A stretch of 64,000 nt of DNA, taken from the NCBI RefSeq assembly GCF_902713615.1, contig NC_052152.1:41701810-41765809 (forward strand). The letters run 5' to 3'. Within the stretch, counting starts at the first letter, position 1, and each line of letters begins with the position of its first letter. Shown one piece after another: positions 1 through 12,035 of this stretch. Source of the stretch: Scyliorhinus canicula. Taxonomy: Eukaryota. Both the position numbers and the translations under genes were made by a program. The notes beneath the pieces were generated by a model. That model was given only the letters and a program-made list of their open reading frames with translations, had not been told where the DNA came from and ran no database searches.

Positions 1-760
1 GGAGGTGAAGGGGCTGTGGGTGAGGACGGTGCAGGTTGAGGGGAGTGAGGGGGTGTGGGCTGAGGGGGTGAGGGCGGTGCGGGTTGAGGGGGGTGTGGGC
101 TGAAGGGGGTGTGGGCTGTGTGGGTTGAGGGGGGTGAGGGGAGTGTGGGCTGATGGGATGAGGCCGGTGTGGGTTGAGGGGGTGAGGGGGGTGTGGGCTG
201 AGGGGGTGAGGGGGTGCAGGTTGAGGTGGGTTAGGGGGGTGTGGGCTGAGGGGGTGAGGGCGGTGCAGGTTGAGGTGGGTTAGGGGGGTGTGGGCTGAAG
301 GGGGTGAGGGCGGTGCGGGTTGAGGGGGTGAGGGGGGTGTGGGCTGAGGTGGTGTGGGCTTTGTGGGTTGAGGTGGGTTAGGGGGGTGTGGGCTGAGGGG
401 GTGAGGGCGGTGCAGGTTGAGGTTGGTTAGGGGGGTGTGGGCTGAAGGGGGTGAGGGCGGTGCGGGTTGAGGGGGTGAGGGGGGTGTGGGCTGAGGGGGT
501 GAGGGCGGTGCAGGTTGAGGTGGGTTAGGGGGGTGTGGGCTGAGGGGGTGAGGGCGGTGCGGGTTGAGGGGGGTGTGGGCTGAAGGGGGTGTGGGCTGTG
601 TGGGTTGAGGGGGTGAGGGGAGTGTGGGCTGATGGGGTGAGGGCGGTGTGGGTTGAGGGGATGAGGGGGGTGTGGGCTGAAGGGGGTGAGGGCGGTGCGG
701 GTTGACAGGGGAGTGTGGGCTGAGGGGGTGAGGGTTGACAGGGTGCGGGTTGGGGTGGTT
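1..760. repeat. G/T-rich minisatellite, about 49-bp degenerate unit (GGGGGGTGTGGGCTGAGGGGGTGAGGGCGGTGCAGGTTGAGGTGGGTTA)
   Basis: Unit and sub-units recur directly; extreme strand asymmetry (almost no C on +); truncated by the window start. Confidence 0.9.
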
Positions 761-771
761 TGTCTACACAT

Positions 772-1140
772 GTGTCATGGGGATCCACAACTAAGTGCGG
801 CTCATTTGCTCATCTGCCGGCGACCACCTCGGCGACTTCCCTTTCCTCCGGGCAGCCTGATGTGTTGGGTGCTCTGGATCCAAGAAACACATGCAGGCCA
901 CCAACACTTAAAATAGTACAACACTATTTTATTAAACTATAAACTGCTGAACATACTATTACTGTGGGTTACACGATGTTAACATTAACTAAAGACCTGT
1001 GCCTGTCCTAACCAGTTGAATCACTCAGCACGTGGTGAGAATCTGTGCTGTAAACTATGAGCTCTTATGCTTCTGAAAGGCTGTATCCTGAATGAGCGGG
1101 AAGAGTGATGCCCTCTGTCTTTATAGTGAGTGTGTTCGAA
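772..1140. mobile_element. LTR-like interspersed repeat fragment
   Basis: 905-1135 aligns by eye with 9555-9637 plus 10175-10320 (shared AACCAGTTGA..TCAGCACGTG and CTTTATAGTG blocks); LTR class is inference. Confidence 0.4.
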
Positions 1141-1320
1141 GGGGTAGGGGTGTGTGTGTATGTGTGTATGTGTGTGTGTGTGTGTGGGGGGGGGGGGGGG
1201 GTGTCTAGCTCAGTGTCCCTGAACCACGGTGCTGCTCTCGTTCCAGCCACCTTGTTGGCTGGGGCGGTGTGTGTATGGGGGGAGGGAGGGCGGGGGGGGG
1301 GGGGGGGAGGCGGGGAATGG
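1141..1320. repeat. (TG)n microsatellite and poly-G runs
   Basis: Directly visible TG dinucleotide and G homopolymer tracts. Confidence 0.85.
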
Positions 1321-1674
1321 ATTGTTTAAGTGTGGCTGCGGCGTGTGAGCCTTATATGTGGCAATCACAGACCCGGCGAAACTGGCACCTTTTTGCTTGG
1401 AACCGGTTACGTTCCACGTGGTGATGGTGCTAGCCCATTTAGAGCTGCTGAATCAGTGCAGCTGTTGCGCTGTTTTTCTTGTCGTAAAACACCGCTGTTC
1501 CCACTCCGGCGACAGCACTTAGTCTCAAAATCGGAGAATCCAGCCCAATATTTCGATTAACACATTAACGTTGCATTGCAATCTGTTCCATCAGCCACAC
1601 CCCCTCCTTCCCCAAAATAATGGTCCACGCTGTGTGGAATTATTGCTGGTGATCCTTCAGTTTAGGGTGAAGTA

Positions 1675-1892
1675 TTTTTTTAACTTTAGAGCACCCAATT
1701 CTTATTTTTCCCATTAAGGGTCAATTTAGTAGGGCCCACCACCGAGCCTGCATAGCTTTTTGGATTGTGGGGGTGAGACCCATGCAGACATGGGTGGAAT
1801 GTACAAACTCCACACGGACAGTGACCTGGATCGAACCCGAGTCCACGTCGTCATGAGGCAGCAGTGCTAATCATTGCGCCACCATGCTGCCC
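1675..1892 (-). mobile_element. tRNA-derived SINE (HE1/V-SINE-like, short A-rich tail)
   Basis: Reverse complement begins GGGCAGCATGGTGGCGCAATG with A/B-box-like head and the conserved GGAGTTTGTACATTCC body seen in other copies. Confidence 0.8.
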
Positions 1893-1994
1893 TTATAGTG
1901 AAGTAATATTGGCGGCTTTTTGAAATTGGACCATAAATTTCAAATATTTATTTCTAAAGCCTGAAAAGTCTAATTTTGCTGTATTTTCTTTCAG

Positions 1995-2315
1995 ATGAGA
2001 GCATTGTAGGTATCATTTCCAAGGACGTTGTCTTGCCATGTACATTTCCACCAACAGAATTGAGTTTCACCGTGATTCACTGGATGCGTAACAGATCGAC
2101 CATTGTAGTTCACAGCTTTTATCGATCGAAGGATCAGCTGAGCAACCAAAATCAAAACTACAAAGGAAGAACAAAGCTTTTTATCAATAAGATAACGAAA
2201 GGAGATGCATCCCTTCAGCTTACAGGCGTTAACATGGCTGATAATGGAACGTACCAATGTTACGTCAGTACACCAGAAGGGAAACATGAAACGGATATCT
2301 TGCTGCAACTGGCAG
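1995..2315 (+). CDS. HHLA2: HHLA2/B7-H7-like exon, first IgV domain
   Basis: ttttctttcag acceptor and G|gtcgga donor, phase 1-1, 321 nt. Protein has B7 IgV hallmarks: LPC..IHW..VVHSFY..DQL..Q..YKGRT.LF..GDASL.L..V..D.GTYQCYV. Confidence 0.85.
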
Positions 2316-2586
2316 GTCGGATATATGTTATTTTCCATTGAAAATGAATTTTCTGTGAACCGGGTTGTGATTTGGAAGCTAAAAGAACATGAAAACTCTC
2401 GGCGCATATCGAGGAGTCAAGGAACTAAATTTATAATATATAATCTTAAAATAAAACAAGTTTTTAAAAATTCAGCTGTAAACAGGAGAGGGTCAGTTAG
2501 TGCCTTTCGATTAGTACATATCTGATCTGTGCCTCAACTCTATTAATCTGCCTTAGATCCATATCCCAAAGATGCCCTTACTATAT

Positions 2587-2669
2587 AGTAAGAAATCTTA
2601 CAACACCAGGTTAAAGTCCAACAGGTTTGTTTCAAACACTAGCTTTCGGAGTACATCTCCACATCATGG
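2587..2669. mobile_element. Penelope-like element remnant (inverted pLTR piece plus 3' stub)
   Basis: CTTACAACACCAGGTTAAAGTCCAACAGG motif; flanked by 10-bp direct repeat CTTACTATAT (2577-2586, 2670-2679). Confidence 0.7.
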
Positions 2670-4047
2670 CTTACTATATGGGTGGACAAATATTGCGGAT
2701 ATCAAATTTCAAAGGATGTTGTAGTTTCAGTTCAGCACTGACGAGGTTGAAACATCCCAAATCAATGCATCTCATTAACTGACGTGAATGTGCAAATTCA
2801 GGACATGGCCATGGCTGTACTGGTGCAATGGGGCTGTCAAAAAAATGCAAACACTTAGAAGAACGATCCTGGGAAAAAGCGAGAGGAAATCATGATGACA
2901 AAAGCAACTGTGAAAGAGGCAAATTTGAGGCTGCCATTTTTCACATCTATCAAGTGCCAGAGGTGTGGACAGTTGATATTAAGCAGAGGCACCAAGTGAA
3001 TTGAAACTGATGCTGAAGTCCTAATGAATCAATTGAATGGGCGAAATAAACCACTCAAAACTGATCATCAGTTAAAATTGGGCCGTTAATATCTCAGCTG
3101 AGCCTCTAGACTGCAAATCTTCCTTTGATCTTTGCGGACTTTTTTATTTTTGAAGCAAATGGTCCTTAAGTACCATTTAGAGCTGGATCTTGGGCAGGGG
3201 CAGAGTTCAGCAGTCTAGGCCATTCTTGCAATCAGAAGCATTTACATTTTGTATCTAGTTGCCCTCTCTGTGGGCACAGGGGGAGCAATATTTGCTCTTG
3301 CACCATGTTGCAGTGCAGGTAGACACTGTGGTGCTGGAAAAGAGTGAAAACAAAATGTACACTGCTGACAATCTTTGTAATGCTCTCAATCACTCAGCAA
3401 TTGATTACATTGCGGCAACATTTTAAATCACCCCAAGGTTTCATTCAATGTTGGATGCCAGAGGCACTTGGACATCCCTGGCTTCCAGTATTGCCAAGGT
3501 ACAAATCAGAGAAAAAAATAGCACATGACATATCTTCCTCATTTTCTTGTCATCGTAATACAGATGGTACGTTTTGCCAAAATAGATTATACAACTGCGA
3601 ACACTTCAAGTGGTAATTTTTAGCAGTAGAAATTAAGAAAAAGTGACAAGGGGATTGCATAACTAAGTCTTGTCCCAAATTGTTTCATTCCATATTCTTA
3701 TGATTTAGTTTTAGTTTGAATATAAACAGGCCTGAAGGGAAATCGTATGAGCCTGATTGTTTATTTTAACTGTTCCTGGAGTTAACCAGCATTTATAAGA
3801 GAGGTGGGCAAACTATTGAATCCTGAATAGAAAATTAATTCTAAAGTAATGCTAATCTTAGACAATAAGTAGGTACACAATATTTCATATTTAAAACTGT
3901 TACACAAACAATAGCATTCCCACTAATCGTCGGAGTGTTTCTCCAATCCTATTGAGCCTTTAAATCATTGTGAAAGTATACGACTATCCAGAATGTTTCT
4001 ACAAAAACAGGAAGACTAACTAAACCAGCCTGATCTGAAATAGGGAG

Positions 4048-4241
4048 CACAGTAAGAAGTCTTACAACACCAGGTTAAAGTCCAACAGGTTTGTTTCAAA
4101 CACGAGCTTTCGGAGCACTCAGAGCACTTCAGAGTGCTCTGAAAGCTAGTGTTTGAAACAAACCTGTTGGACTTTAACCTGGTGTTGTAAGACATCTTAC
4201 TGTGCTCACCCCAGTCCAACGCCGGCATCTCCACATCATGC
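4048..4241. mobile_element. Penelope-like fold-back insertion
   Basis: About 75-bp inverted arms (4045-4119 and 4133-4207), tail CCAGTCCAACGCCGGCATCTCCACATCA; 9-bp direct repeat AATAGGGAG (4039-4047, 4242-4250). Confidence 0.75.
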
Positions 4242-5224
4242 AATAGGGAGGACACATCGTGGCAAAATAATTTCACAAACTCTTTGATTCAGTGAGAAAT
4301 AATGGGGTTTCATTTCTATTTAGAGCATGGTAAATATGTGTGAATAAATACACTAATAATGGGAACAAGGCAGGTGTAAAAGGAAGGGGTAAATGTGGTG
4401 CTCATCGAGATATGCTGGGAATTTACTCATTGGGCAGGAATGTATGGTCCCACCACCGCTCGGATCGGACGTCAATGAACCTTTGACTGACCTGGCACAT
4501 CTCCTGCAGAGGGGTCCTGCCACATTGGGGCTGGAAAACACTGGCCAATGTTCTTCAGAAAGTGTGCCGCAACCTAAGTGGTAGATCAGCAGAAACACTG
4601 CTTAACAGTCTGATACAGGCTTTCCATCAATCTTTGGCTAGCTGGTCAGGAGAATTCCAGATTAAATTCCTGGTAGTATATTTTAAGGAGCTTTTGAAGG
4701 TTCGCAGGATTGAAGCAAGAGGTGTTTGTGCCAGAATTTAAAAATGTAGGGTAGAAGCAAGATGGTTGAAGACTAAGCCAAACAATATACGAACACACAG
4801 TAGAGCAGAAGTGGATTCCACCAGGGATGCAGGGCTGGGGAAATTTGGAAAGGTAATAATGAGAGATTTGCAGAGGATCTCAAATGATGCTGGGTCATTT
4901 CATCATAAAGTGCTCAATCTTTTTCCAAAATAATTGATTACTACAGCTTCAAAGAGCTGATTGAAAATATAAAGCTGTGATTTTTTTTTGCCTTAAAACT
5001 ACATTTAATTACTTGCCATCCAAGATAGGAAAAAGGATGCATATGAGGACAGCAGCAAAATAATGGCAGACTATTGTGTAGAAAGATTTGAGGATAATGT
5101 ATTTGACTCTTAATTGCTCCTCAAGGGCACTTAGGGATGGGCAATAAATGCTGGCCCAGCCTGCGGCACCCACGTCCCATGAACGAATAAAAAAAGAAGG
5201 ATGTTGCCCTCGCAGTACTTTACA

Positions 5225-6400
5225 TAAGAACTAGGAGCAAGAGTGGGTAATTCAGCCCCTCGAGTCTGTCCCGACATTCAAAACAATCATGGCTGATCTA
5301 ATCTCAGCCTCATCTCCATTTTATTGCCCACTCCCCATAACTCTTCACCCTGCTACTAATTAAAGACTTATCGATCTCTTCAATAAATTTGTTTAGTGTT
5401 CCTGTGTCCACTGCACTCTGGAGTAGAGAATTCCACAGATTCACAACCTTTGTGTGAAGTAAATCCTCCTCATTTTGGTTTTAAAACTGCCACCCCGAGC
5501 CTAAAACTGTGGCCTCTCATTCTAGATTATCCAACAAAGGGAAAAATCCACTCAACATCTACCCTGTCAATACCTTTTCAATTAGATCTCTCGGGCGCAA
5601 TTCTCCGACCCCCACGCCGGGTGAGAGAATCGCGGGAGTGCAGAGCGATTCCCGCCACACCGCACTGGCACCCGCGCGGGATTCTCCCACCCCCCCCCCC
5701 AAAACGGCGTGCCGCGTTTCACGACAGGCCGCTCAGAGAATCGCCGCTCGCCGTTTGTAGCAGGCGGGCGGCGATTCTCCAGCCCGGATGGGCCGAGCGG
5801 CCTGCCCAATCCGACGGGTTCACGCCGGCGCCAACCACACCTGGTCGCTGCCAGCGTGAACAGCACGGGAACGTTGCATGTGCGGCCTGTGGGAGGGGGA
5901 GGGAGGATCGAGCACCAGGGGGGCACTCAGTAGGGGTCTGGCCCGCAATCGGTACCCACCGATCGGCGGGCCGGCGTCTCTAAAGGACGCACTCTTTTCC
6001 TCCGCTGCCCCGCAAGATCAATCCTCCATGTCTTGCGGGGCGCCCGTGGGGAGGACGGCAATCGTGCATGCGTGATTGGCAGCGGTCAACCTGCGCATGC
6101 GCGGGTGAAGTCATTTACGCCGTGCCGGCCGCATAATGTACTCAGCGCCGCTTTCACACGGCGCCAAGGCCCGGCGTGTGTAATTGACGCGGTGCCGCTC
6201 CTAGCCCCCTGGGGCTGGGAGAATAGGGGGCGAGGAGCGGCCTCCGACGCCGGAGTGAAACACTCCGGTTTTCACTCCGGCGTCGGCACTTAATCTCCCG
6301 ATGGAAGAATTTCGCCCCTCTTTCTTCAAAACTTGCAAAATCTCAAATTAATTTCCAACATAAAATCAGAGACCACACCTCCACCACCCATTTGCTCAAT
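5225..6400 (-). mobile_element. CR1 LINE 3' fragment interrupted by a TIR element
   Basis: ACATAAGAACTAGGAGC tail-type end and RT C-terminal sequence; host sequence rejoins across 5593-6317. Confidence 0.7.
5593..6317. mobile_element. Non-autonomous TIR element (PIF/Harbinger-like MITE)
   Basis: Ends GGGCGCAATTCTCC ... GAAGAATTTCGCCC; 3-bp TSD CTC on both sides. Confidence 0.8.
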
Positions 6401-6699
6401 CTGATTGGCTAATGAATCCTGGATATGCTTCCAAATGAATAACCTCTTATTTTATGTAACTCACCCAAGGACTCTGTTCTTGTCAAATTACTTACCAATT
6501 TGCACATGGTGATCCCCAAAAGGAAGCCAAGGAAAGATCGCAGAAGGAGGGCACTGAAAAACCGCAGGAGGGCAATGAAAGACCACAATAGGATGGCAAC
6601 GAAAGACACCACAAGCAAGGGCAACAAGAGAATTGTAGAATGGAAACAAGTCAACGCTTAATCAGAGACAAACCTGACCAACAGTGAAGTCAAAAGGGT

Positions 6700-7480
6700 T
6701 TGGCTGAAGTTAAGACAAGTAGAAATGAAGGTTCCATATGCAAAATGTACATGTCCAGTAAAAACAGGATGGATTCCCCTCAGATGAAAATGATGCCGAA
6801 TTGAAATGCTGGAAAGAGAAGCAACTTTATCACATCACCTAAGTACCAGAAACAGAGTATCATGACCATTCCTCTAAATGTGACAGACCAAGCTTGTGAA
6901 ACAGCTATCAAGACATAAGACTTTGCTGCATTGTGATGATATGGGCCCACATGCGTTATTAAAAAAGAATATGAAATACATAATATAACAGTGTCATAAT
7001 ATGAAACTTCAGTAGTGGATCAAGTTAGATTCCTGGAATTATTGTCTCTGACTTGTCGTAACAAGTAGACGTGGAGGGACTGATTGTTCATAAACCCACG
7101 GACCACTTGAAGAGTAGAGATATGCTCCAGTCAGTTTTACCATCAAGAAATATTTTTGAATCCCATAAGCACCATAGTATCTGATCGACCTGTTATAGAC
7201 ATAACTGATGTCTCCAGGGAAGCAAGTAGCAATGAATTGCGTGTGTGAGAAGGGGTACCCATTATTGCAGTTCCTGTTAATGTCAATCCTGTGGAAGCAT
7301 CTCAGACGACAGAATTATACAGCTCTACAAGAAATGGAAGAACCCGTCGAAGACTCTATTGATAATTATCCAACTCATGTATATGATATTTAGTTAGAAT
7401 TTAGGACAGAGTAGCTTAGCTATTTAAGATTTTATAAAGAATTTACATGGGGGAGGGATGCGATGATTGTTCCTTTAAGG
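6700..7480 (+). mobile_element. Degenerate Gypsy-type LTR retrotransposon 3' remnant (integrase C-terminus plus PPT)
   Basis: Translation (W*)IPGIIV..LS(Y*)QVDVEG.IVHK..DHL at about 7027-7110; end motif SSTRNGRTRRRLY*; polypurine tract GGGGAGGGA followed by TG at about 7449-7460. Confidence 0.55.
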
Positions 7481-7596
7481 GCAACACAGCAGAGTAAGGG
7501 TTACCTAGCTTGTGGGGACTAATTGGGACGCAGAGTGGGTAATCACCCTGCCAGCCTGGCTTGTCCTTTTGAAATTCAACACTATCCTCCCTACGT

Positions 7597-7880
7597 TCAG
7601 AATATTTCTAAGTTTTGTACCAGCCACAACTTTTGAAAGTGCGCCTTGTACACCTGAACAATAATACATATTAGGAAGAACAGGGATCCTAACACCAATC
7701 CATAGGGAACTCCACTATAAGCCTTCTTCCAGTTCAAAAAACAACCATTCACCAATACTCCTTGTTTCCTATCATTAGGCCAATTTTGTATCATGTTACT
7801 CTTGTCCTTTTTATTCTACGAGCTCTAACTTTGCTCACAGCTCTATCGTTTGGCACTTTATCAAATAACTTGGGAAGTAC
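7597..7880 (-). mobile_element. Old CR1 RT fragment
   Basis: ORF track peptide ..RKQGVLVNGCFLNW..YSGVPYGLVLG.LFFLI resembles CR1 RT GVPQGSVLGP. Confidence 0.7.
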
Positions 7881-8116
7881 CAAACTGCTAACATAATATT
7901 ATCCATCTTATATAATGGATATATGATTAAGTTGTATCTGAATACTTTTTCAGAAGTGGGGGGATTTGGGCGTTGTGCAATAGTTTCAAGCGTGCGAATC
8001 AGCGGATCATTTTACAGTTCTTCTCATTTTTACTGCCATTATTACATGTAAAGCCGAATAGTAAATATTTTTGAGAAGCTAAGCTGTCTCAATAATGGCT
8101 TATTCTTTCTTTCCAG

Positions 8117-8401
8117 CTGACTGGAATACTATAAAACTACATCCCCCAAATATGCTGTCTCCTGCACAAAATATTACCTGCTCCGCATTTGGTGCATATC
8201 CAAAGCCATCATTACTGTGGCAAGATGAGAATGGGAACGACATGACTAACCAGACAAGTTCAAAAGACTCTGAAGATGCAGAAGGATTTTACAATGTTAA
8301 AAGCATTTTGAACGTTAATCGAACGTCAAAATTAACCTACAAATGTAATATTAGGAATGAACGATTGCAGAAGTCATGGACTGCAACCTGGAAAATGCAA
8401 G
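8117..8401 (+). CDS. HHLA2: HHLA2-like exon, IgC domain
   Basis: tttctttccag acceptor and G|gtaaca donor, phase 1-1, 285 nt; ITCSAFGAYPKPSLLW...YNVKSILNV...YKCNIRN..LQKSWTATWKMQ. Confidence 0.85.
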
Positions 8402-8528
8402 GTAACAACTGATAAATAATCCTTAAAGAAGTCTCCCAAACATTTGTTTACATATATGTAAAATATTACAGGATTCTTGCAATTCTCGAGTTAGATACAA
8501 GTTGATTATTGAACTGTAATTGTAATTT

Positions 8529-8763
8529 GGGGGCTGGTTTAGCTCACTTGGATAGCCAACTGGTTTGTAATACAGAGCAAGGCCAGCAGTGTGGGTTCAA
8601 TTCCTGTACCAGATGAGGTTATTCATGAAGACCCCGCCTTCTCAACCTTACCCCTCACCTGAGGTGTGATGATCCTCAGGTTGAATCACCACCAGTCAGC
8701 TCTCCCCCTCAAAGGGGAAAGCAGCCTATGGTCATCTGCGACTATGGCGACTTTACCTTTACT
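8529..8763 (+). mobile_element. tRNA-derived SINE, family with GGGGCTGGTTTAGCTC head and ...GACTATGGCGACTTTACCTTT tail
   Basis: Second copy in opposite orientation at 44925-45152. Confidence 0.8.
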
Positions 8764-9637
8764 TGTAATTGCTGCACTCATAGTTTCCTTTTTGTCAAAA
8801 TAAGTAAACTGCTGGAATACATTTTTTTCTACACTCCCGGAATCAATTTGAAGCACCTCACGTTGTTATTTATTTTGCATTATGTTATCCACAAATAGCT
8901 CGTTTGTTTGTAGAGTTGTAACCAAGTAATTTTTCCACTACCCACCCCGGTCCAGTCGCAAGTTTAAAAAAAAGAATCAGACTAGATTCCGAGTCACTGG
9001 CTTGCGTCAACAACTCTTTATCAGTTTGTGTGACGTTCCGCCATCATTGTGAGGGACCACCATGGGAGGAGACCTGTGAAAAAAAGCTGGTATTGAAACA
9101 ACCTAGAGATCTGACCTATCTGGCTGGGATTTTCTACATCTGCACGTGCTGGGCAATATGGTTTTCAGTCCTTTCAGCTTAATGCAAGATTGAATCAGAC
9201 ACAGCGGAATATCTCAGCCAGCTGGAGAAACTGAGAACCATAGTGTGACTCCCCCCTTTTGTGCTTCTTGTGCTATTCTAGCTGCAAGTCAGGCAGGGGA
9301 AAAGTCACATGCACGGCACTGTGTATTAAAATGATCTGATATTGCTTGCTTCTACCTTGCTGCACCTCGTGAGGTCAATGATTGTTTTCTGACATTGCAA
9401 TCACCATCTGGATATTGTTCCTGGTATTAAAGCAGTTTGCAACTCCTGCAATGCTCCCTACACCACGCAGATAGGAAACTTTTCCTCAGATTTGAAGTGT
9501 TGGCTAGTGTAGACTTGAGAGATGAACAGACAATTCCAACACTGATGAAGGTTCAACTCAATTTTATTAACTACTTCTAACTAACTAACACACGATGACT
9601 GTGGGTCTAAATGATGCTAACTTAAACAAGAGACCTA

Positions 9638-10174
9638 GGGCGCGATTCTCTGCTCCCCACGCGGCGTTGGAGAATCGCGGGAGAACCCCCGACAAAATTC
9701 ACGCTCCCCTCGCACCCCCCGTGATTCTCCACACCCTCCCCCCGTTTTTCACGGCGAACGCCGATTCTCCGACCCGGATGGGCCGAGCGGCCTGCCGTTC
9801 GCGGCCGTTTCACGACGGTGGCAAACACACCTGGTTGCTGCCGTCGTGAAACAGGAGTGAGAATCCCGTTTGGGGTTTGTAGATGGCCTAGACAGGAAAG
9901 AGCACCACGACTGTGCTCGGGAGGGGACAGGTCTCGATCGGTGGCCAACAATCGTCGGGCCGGCGTCCAAATCGGACGCACTATTTCCCCTCCGCCGCCC
10001 CGCAAGATCAAGCCGCCGCGGGTCTTGCGGGGCGGCTGAGGGGAAAGACAGCCACCGCTCATGCGCGGGTTCGTGCTGTCAGCGTCATGACGTCAGTCGC
10101 GCATGCGCGGTTGGAGCCTCGGCTGAGTTCACAACGACCCTTCCGATTTTTCCCAGGACCGGATAATTCCGCCC
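9638..10174. mobile_element. PIF/Harbinger-like MITE inserted in an LTR-like repeat
   Basis: GGGCGCGATTCTCT ... GGATAATTCCGCCC termini; flanks CTA/CTT; internal similarity to 5593 and 12036 copies. Confidence 0.75.
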
Positions 10175-10667
10175 CTTAGCTTTGTCCGAACCAGTTGATT
10201 CCCTCAGCACGTGTTGTAAGTCTGTGCTAGGCTGGATGAGTTCTTGTCACACTCAGAGGCAGCACCCAGAATGAACGGGAACCGTGGTGCCCTATGCCTT
10301 TATAGTGTGTGTATTCTAACTGGTGATTGACTGCGGTGTTTGTACATGTTGATTGGTCCCAGTGTGTGTCTGCACCATGATATTTTGGTATATATTATGA
10401 CAAGATTCATTTCCTGCAGCAATAATGCCATCAATAATACAGGGAGGCCTCACGTTCACACTATCAGAAACCTTGATGAATTTCCAAAGGATCAGTGGTC
10501 TTTAAATTTCCAGAGGCCTTTAAGGCCTTTAGCAGTAAAATTTGTTCCCCAATCCCTTTTGGGTATGTACCAAACCCAGGATATAACGTGTGAATGGCCT
10601 GAACCCAAATGGGTGAAATTTGGAAATATTTAGTTAGTGTTTGAATATAAAGATCAGCCACATGAAG

Positions 10668-10955
10668 AATCTTTATTGTCACAAGTAGGCATACATTAAC
10701 ACTGCAATGAAGTTACTGTGAAAAGCCCCTAGTCACCACATTCCAGTGCTTGTTCGGGTACACGGAGGGAGAATTCAGAATGTCCAAATTACCTAACAGC
10801 ACGTCTTTCTGGACTCGTGGGAGGAAACCGGAGCATCCGGAGGAAACCCACACAGACACGAGGAGATTGTGCAGACTCCACATAGATAGTGACCCAAGCT
10901 GGGAATCGAACCTGGAAACCTGGAGATGTGAAGCAATAGTGCTAGCCACTGTGCA
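10668..10955 (-). mobile_element. HE1-like SINE with GGGGCTTTTCACAGTAACTTC-type tail
   Basis: HE1 body plus tail shared with 40812-41107 and 12507-12685. Confidence 0.8.
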
Positions 10956-11339
10956 ATATATGTAGATATAAAAATCCCTCTTCCACAGAGAATGTCCCGT
11001 GTTTCCTGTTTATTTCACAACATTATAGCTCCCACAGCTGGCACTCAGCCAACACTTCATTGGAAGGCAATTCGCACCCAGCTGGGGAACTAGTTATTGC
11101 TGCAGGTTCTGACACTACTTTCCCATTACCATTTTCACCCCTTACTGACATGGTTTCCTATCCTGCCCTACAATTTGAAGCATGCCTTTAGGGCACCACA
11201 TGCAGTAGATGCAAGACTAACTCCTGTATAAGTGTAACCTTGTTTGGAATATTGACACTTGAATACATAAATTGGGAAGAGTAAAATAAGGTAATAATTT
11301 TTTGTGTTACCCATGAAGTATTTTTGGTTCTTTTTTCAG

Positions 11340-11651
11340 GCCGATTAAATAAAAATGAGAGTGAAACCGCAGTCATTACCTGCGGCAATTTCCCCAATAA
11401 TGGTGAGAATTTGACAATTACGTGGAGATTTCGGGAAACAGAAGGCTCCCAATTAATGATGAAATGTGAACCAATCCACCAATATGGTGGCAAAACCTTA
11501 AGTTATATTATGGACCGAACAGAAGTTCGAACCAACCAGACACATTCATCCCTTATACTGAGAAATGCAACTTTGGAAGAATCAGGAGAATATATTTGTG
11601 AAATCGCAACCAGTGATACAATGCAAATATTCACCTACATTTTAAGAATAG
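11340..11651 (+). CDS. HHLA2: HHLA2-like exon, second IgV domain
   Basis: ttcttttttcag acceptor and G|gtaagt donor, phase 1-1, 312 nt; VITC..LTITW..SSLILRNATLEESGEYICEI. Confidence 0.85.
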
Positions 11652-12035
11652 GTAAGTTGTCAATAATTTTGTGGTTACAGAGCAAAGTTTGATCGACATA
11701 TACTTTAATGTTTGATTGAACTAACGCATTCGAGTTTTGTAAAATGAGAGCTCCATGCAAAATAAATAGAGGTTTTTGAAGCTGCCATCCTTATAATAAC
11801 TCTGGACCAGAGTGTGGACAGCTTTGAGCTGGAGAACTGGGCCATCCAGGAACTGGGTAGACTATCTAAATTCATTTGTGTCTATAAGCATTGCAACAGA
11901 TAGGTTGCGATGGATGTAGGAATTTCAGATGTATTGTATTATAGGTATTTGGTGCAGTAAGCGTTAAACGCCTGGGCTAGTGTGCGTATGACTGCTGGAG
12001 CCATGTTTTAAAAGAATGTTGGTTTGAAAGATAGG

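Noticed and set aside
427-916. Pro/Thr/His-rich ORFs
   Set aside because: Translations of the minisatellite.
1330-1672. Candidate signal-peptide exon of the Ig gene (e.g. VELLLVILQFR)
   Set aside because: No in-frame ATG combined with a phase-1 donor; the leader exon is unidentified and may lie upstream of the window.
2714-2757. GGATGTT...CTGACGA-GGTT-GAAAC-ATCC, resembling a type III hammerhead
   Set aside because: No stem II (only 4 nt) and no stem I pairing.
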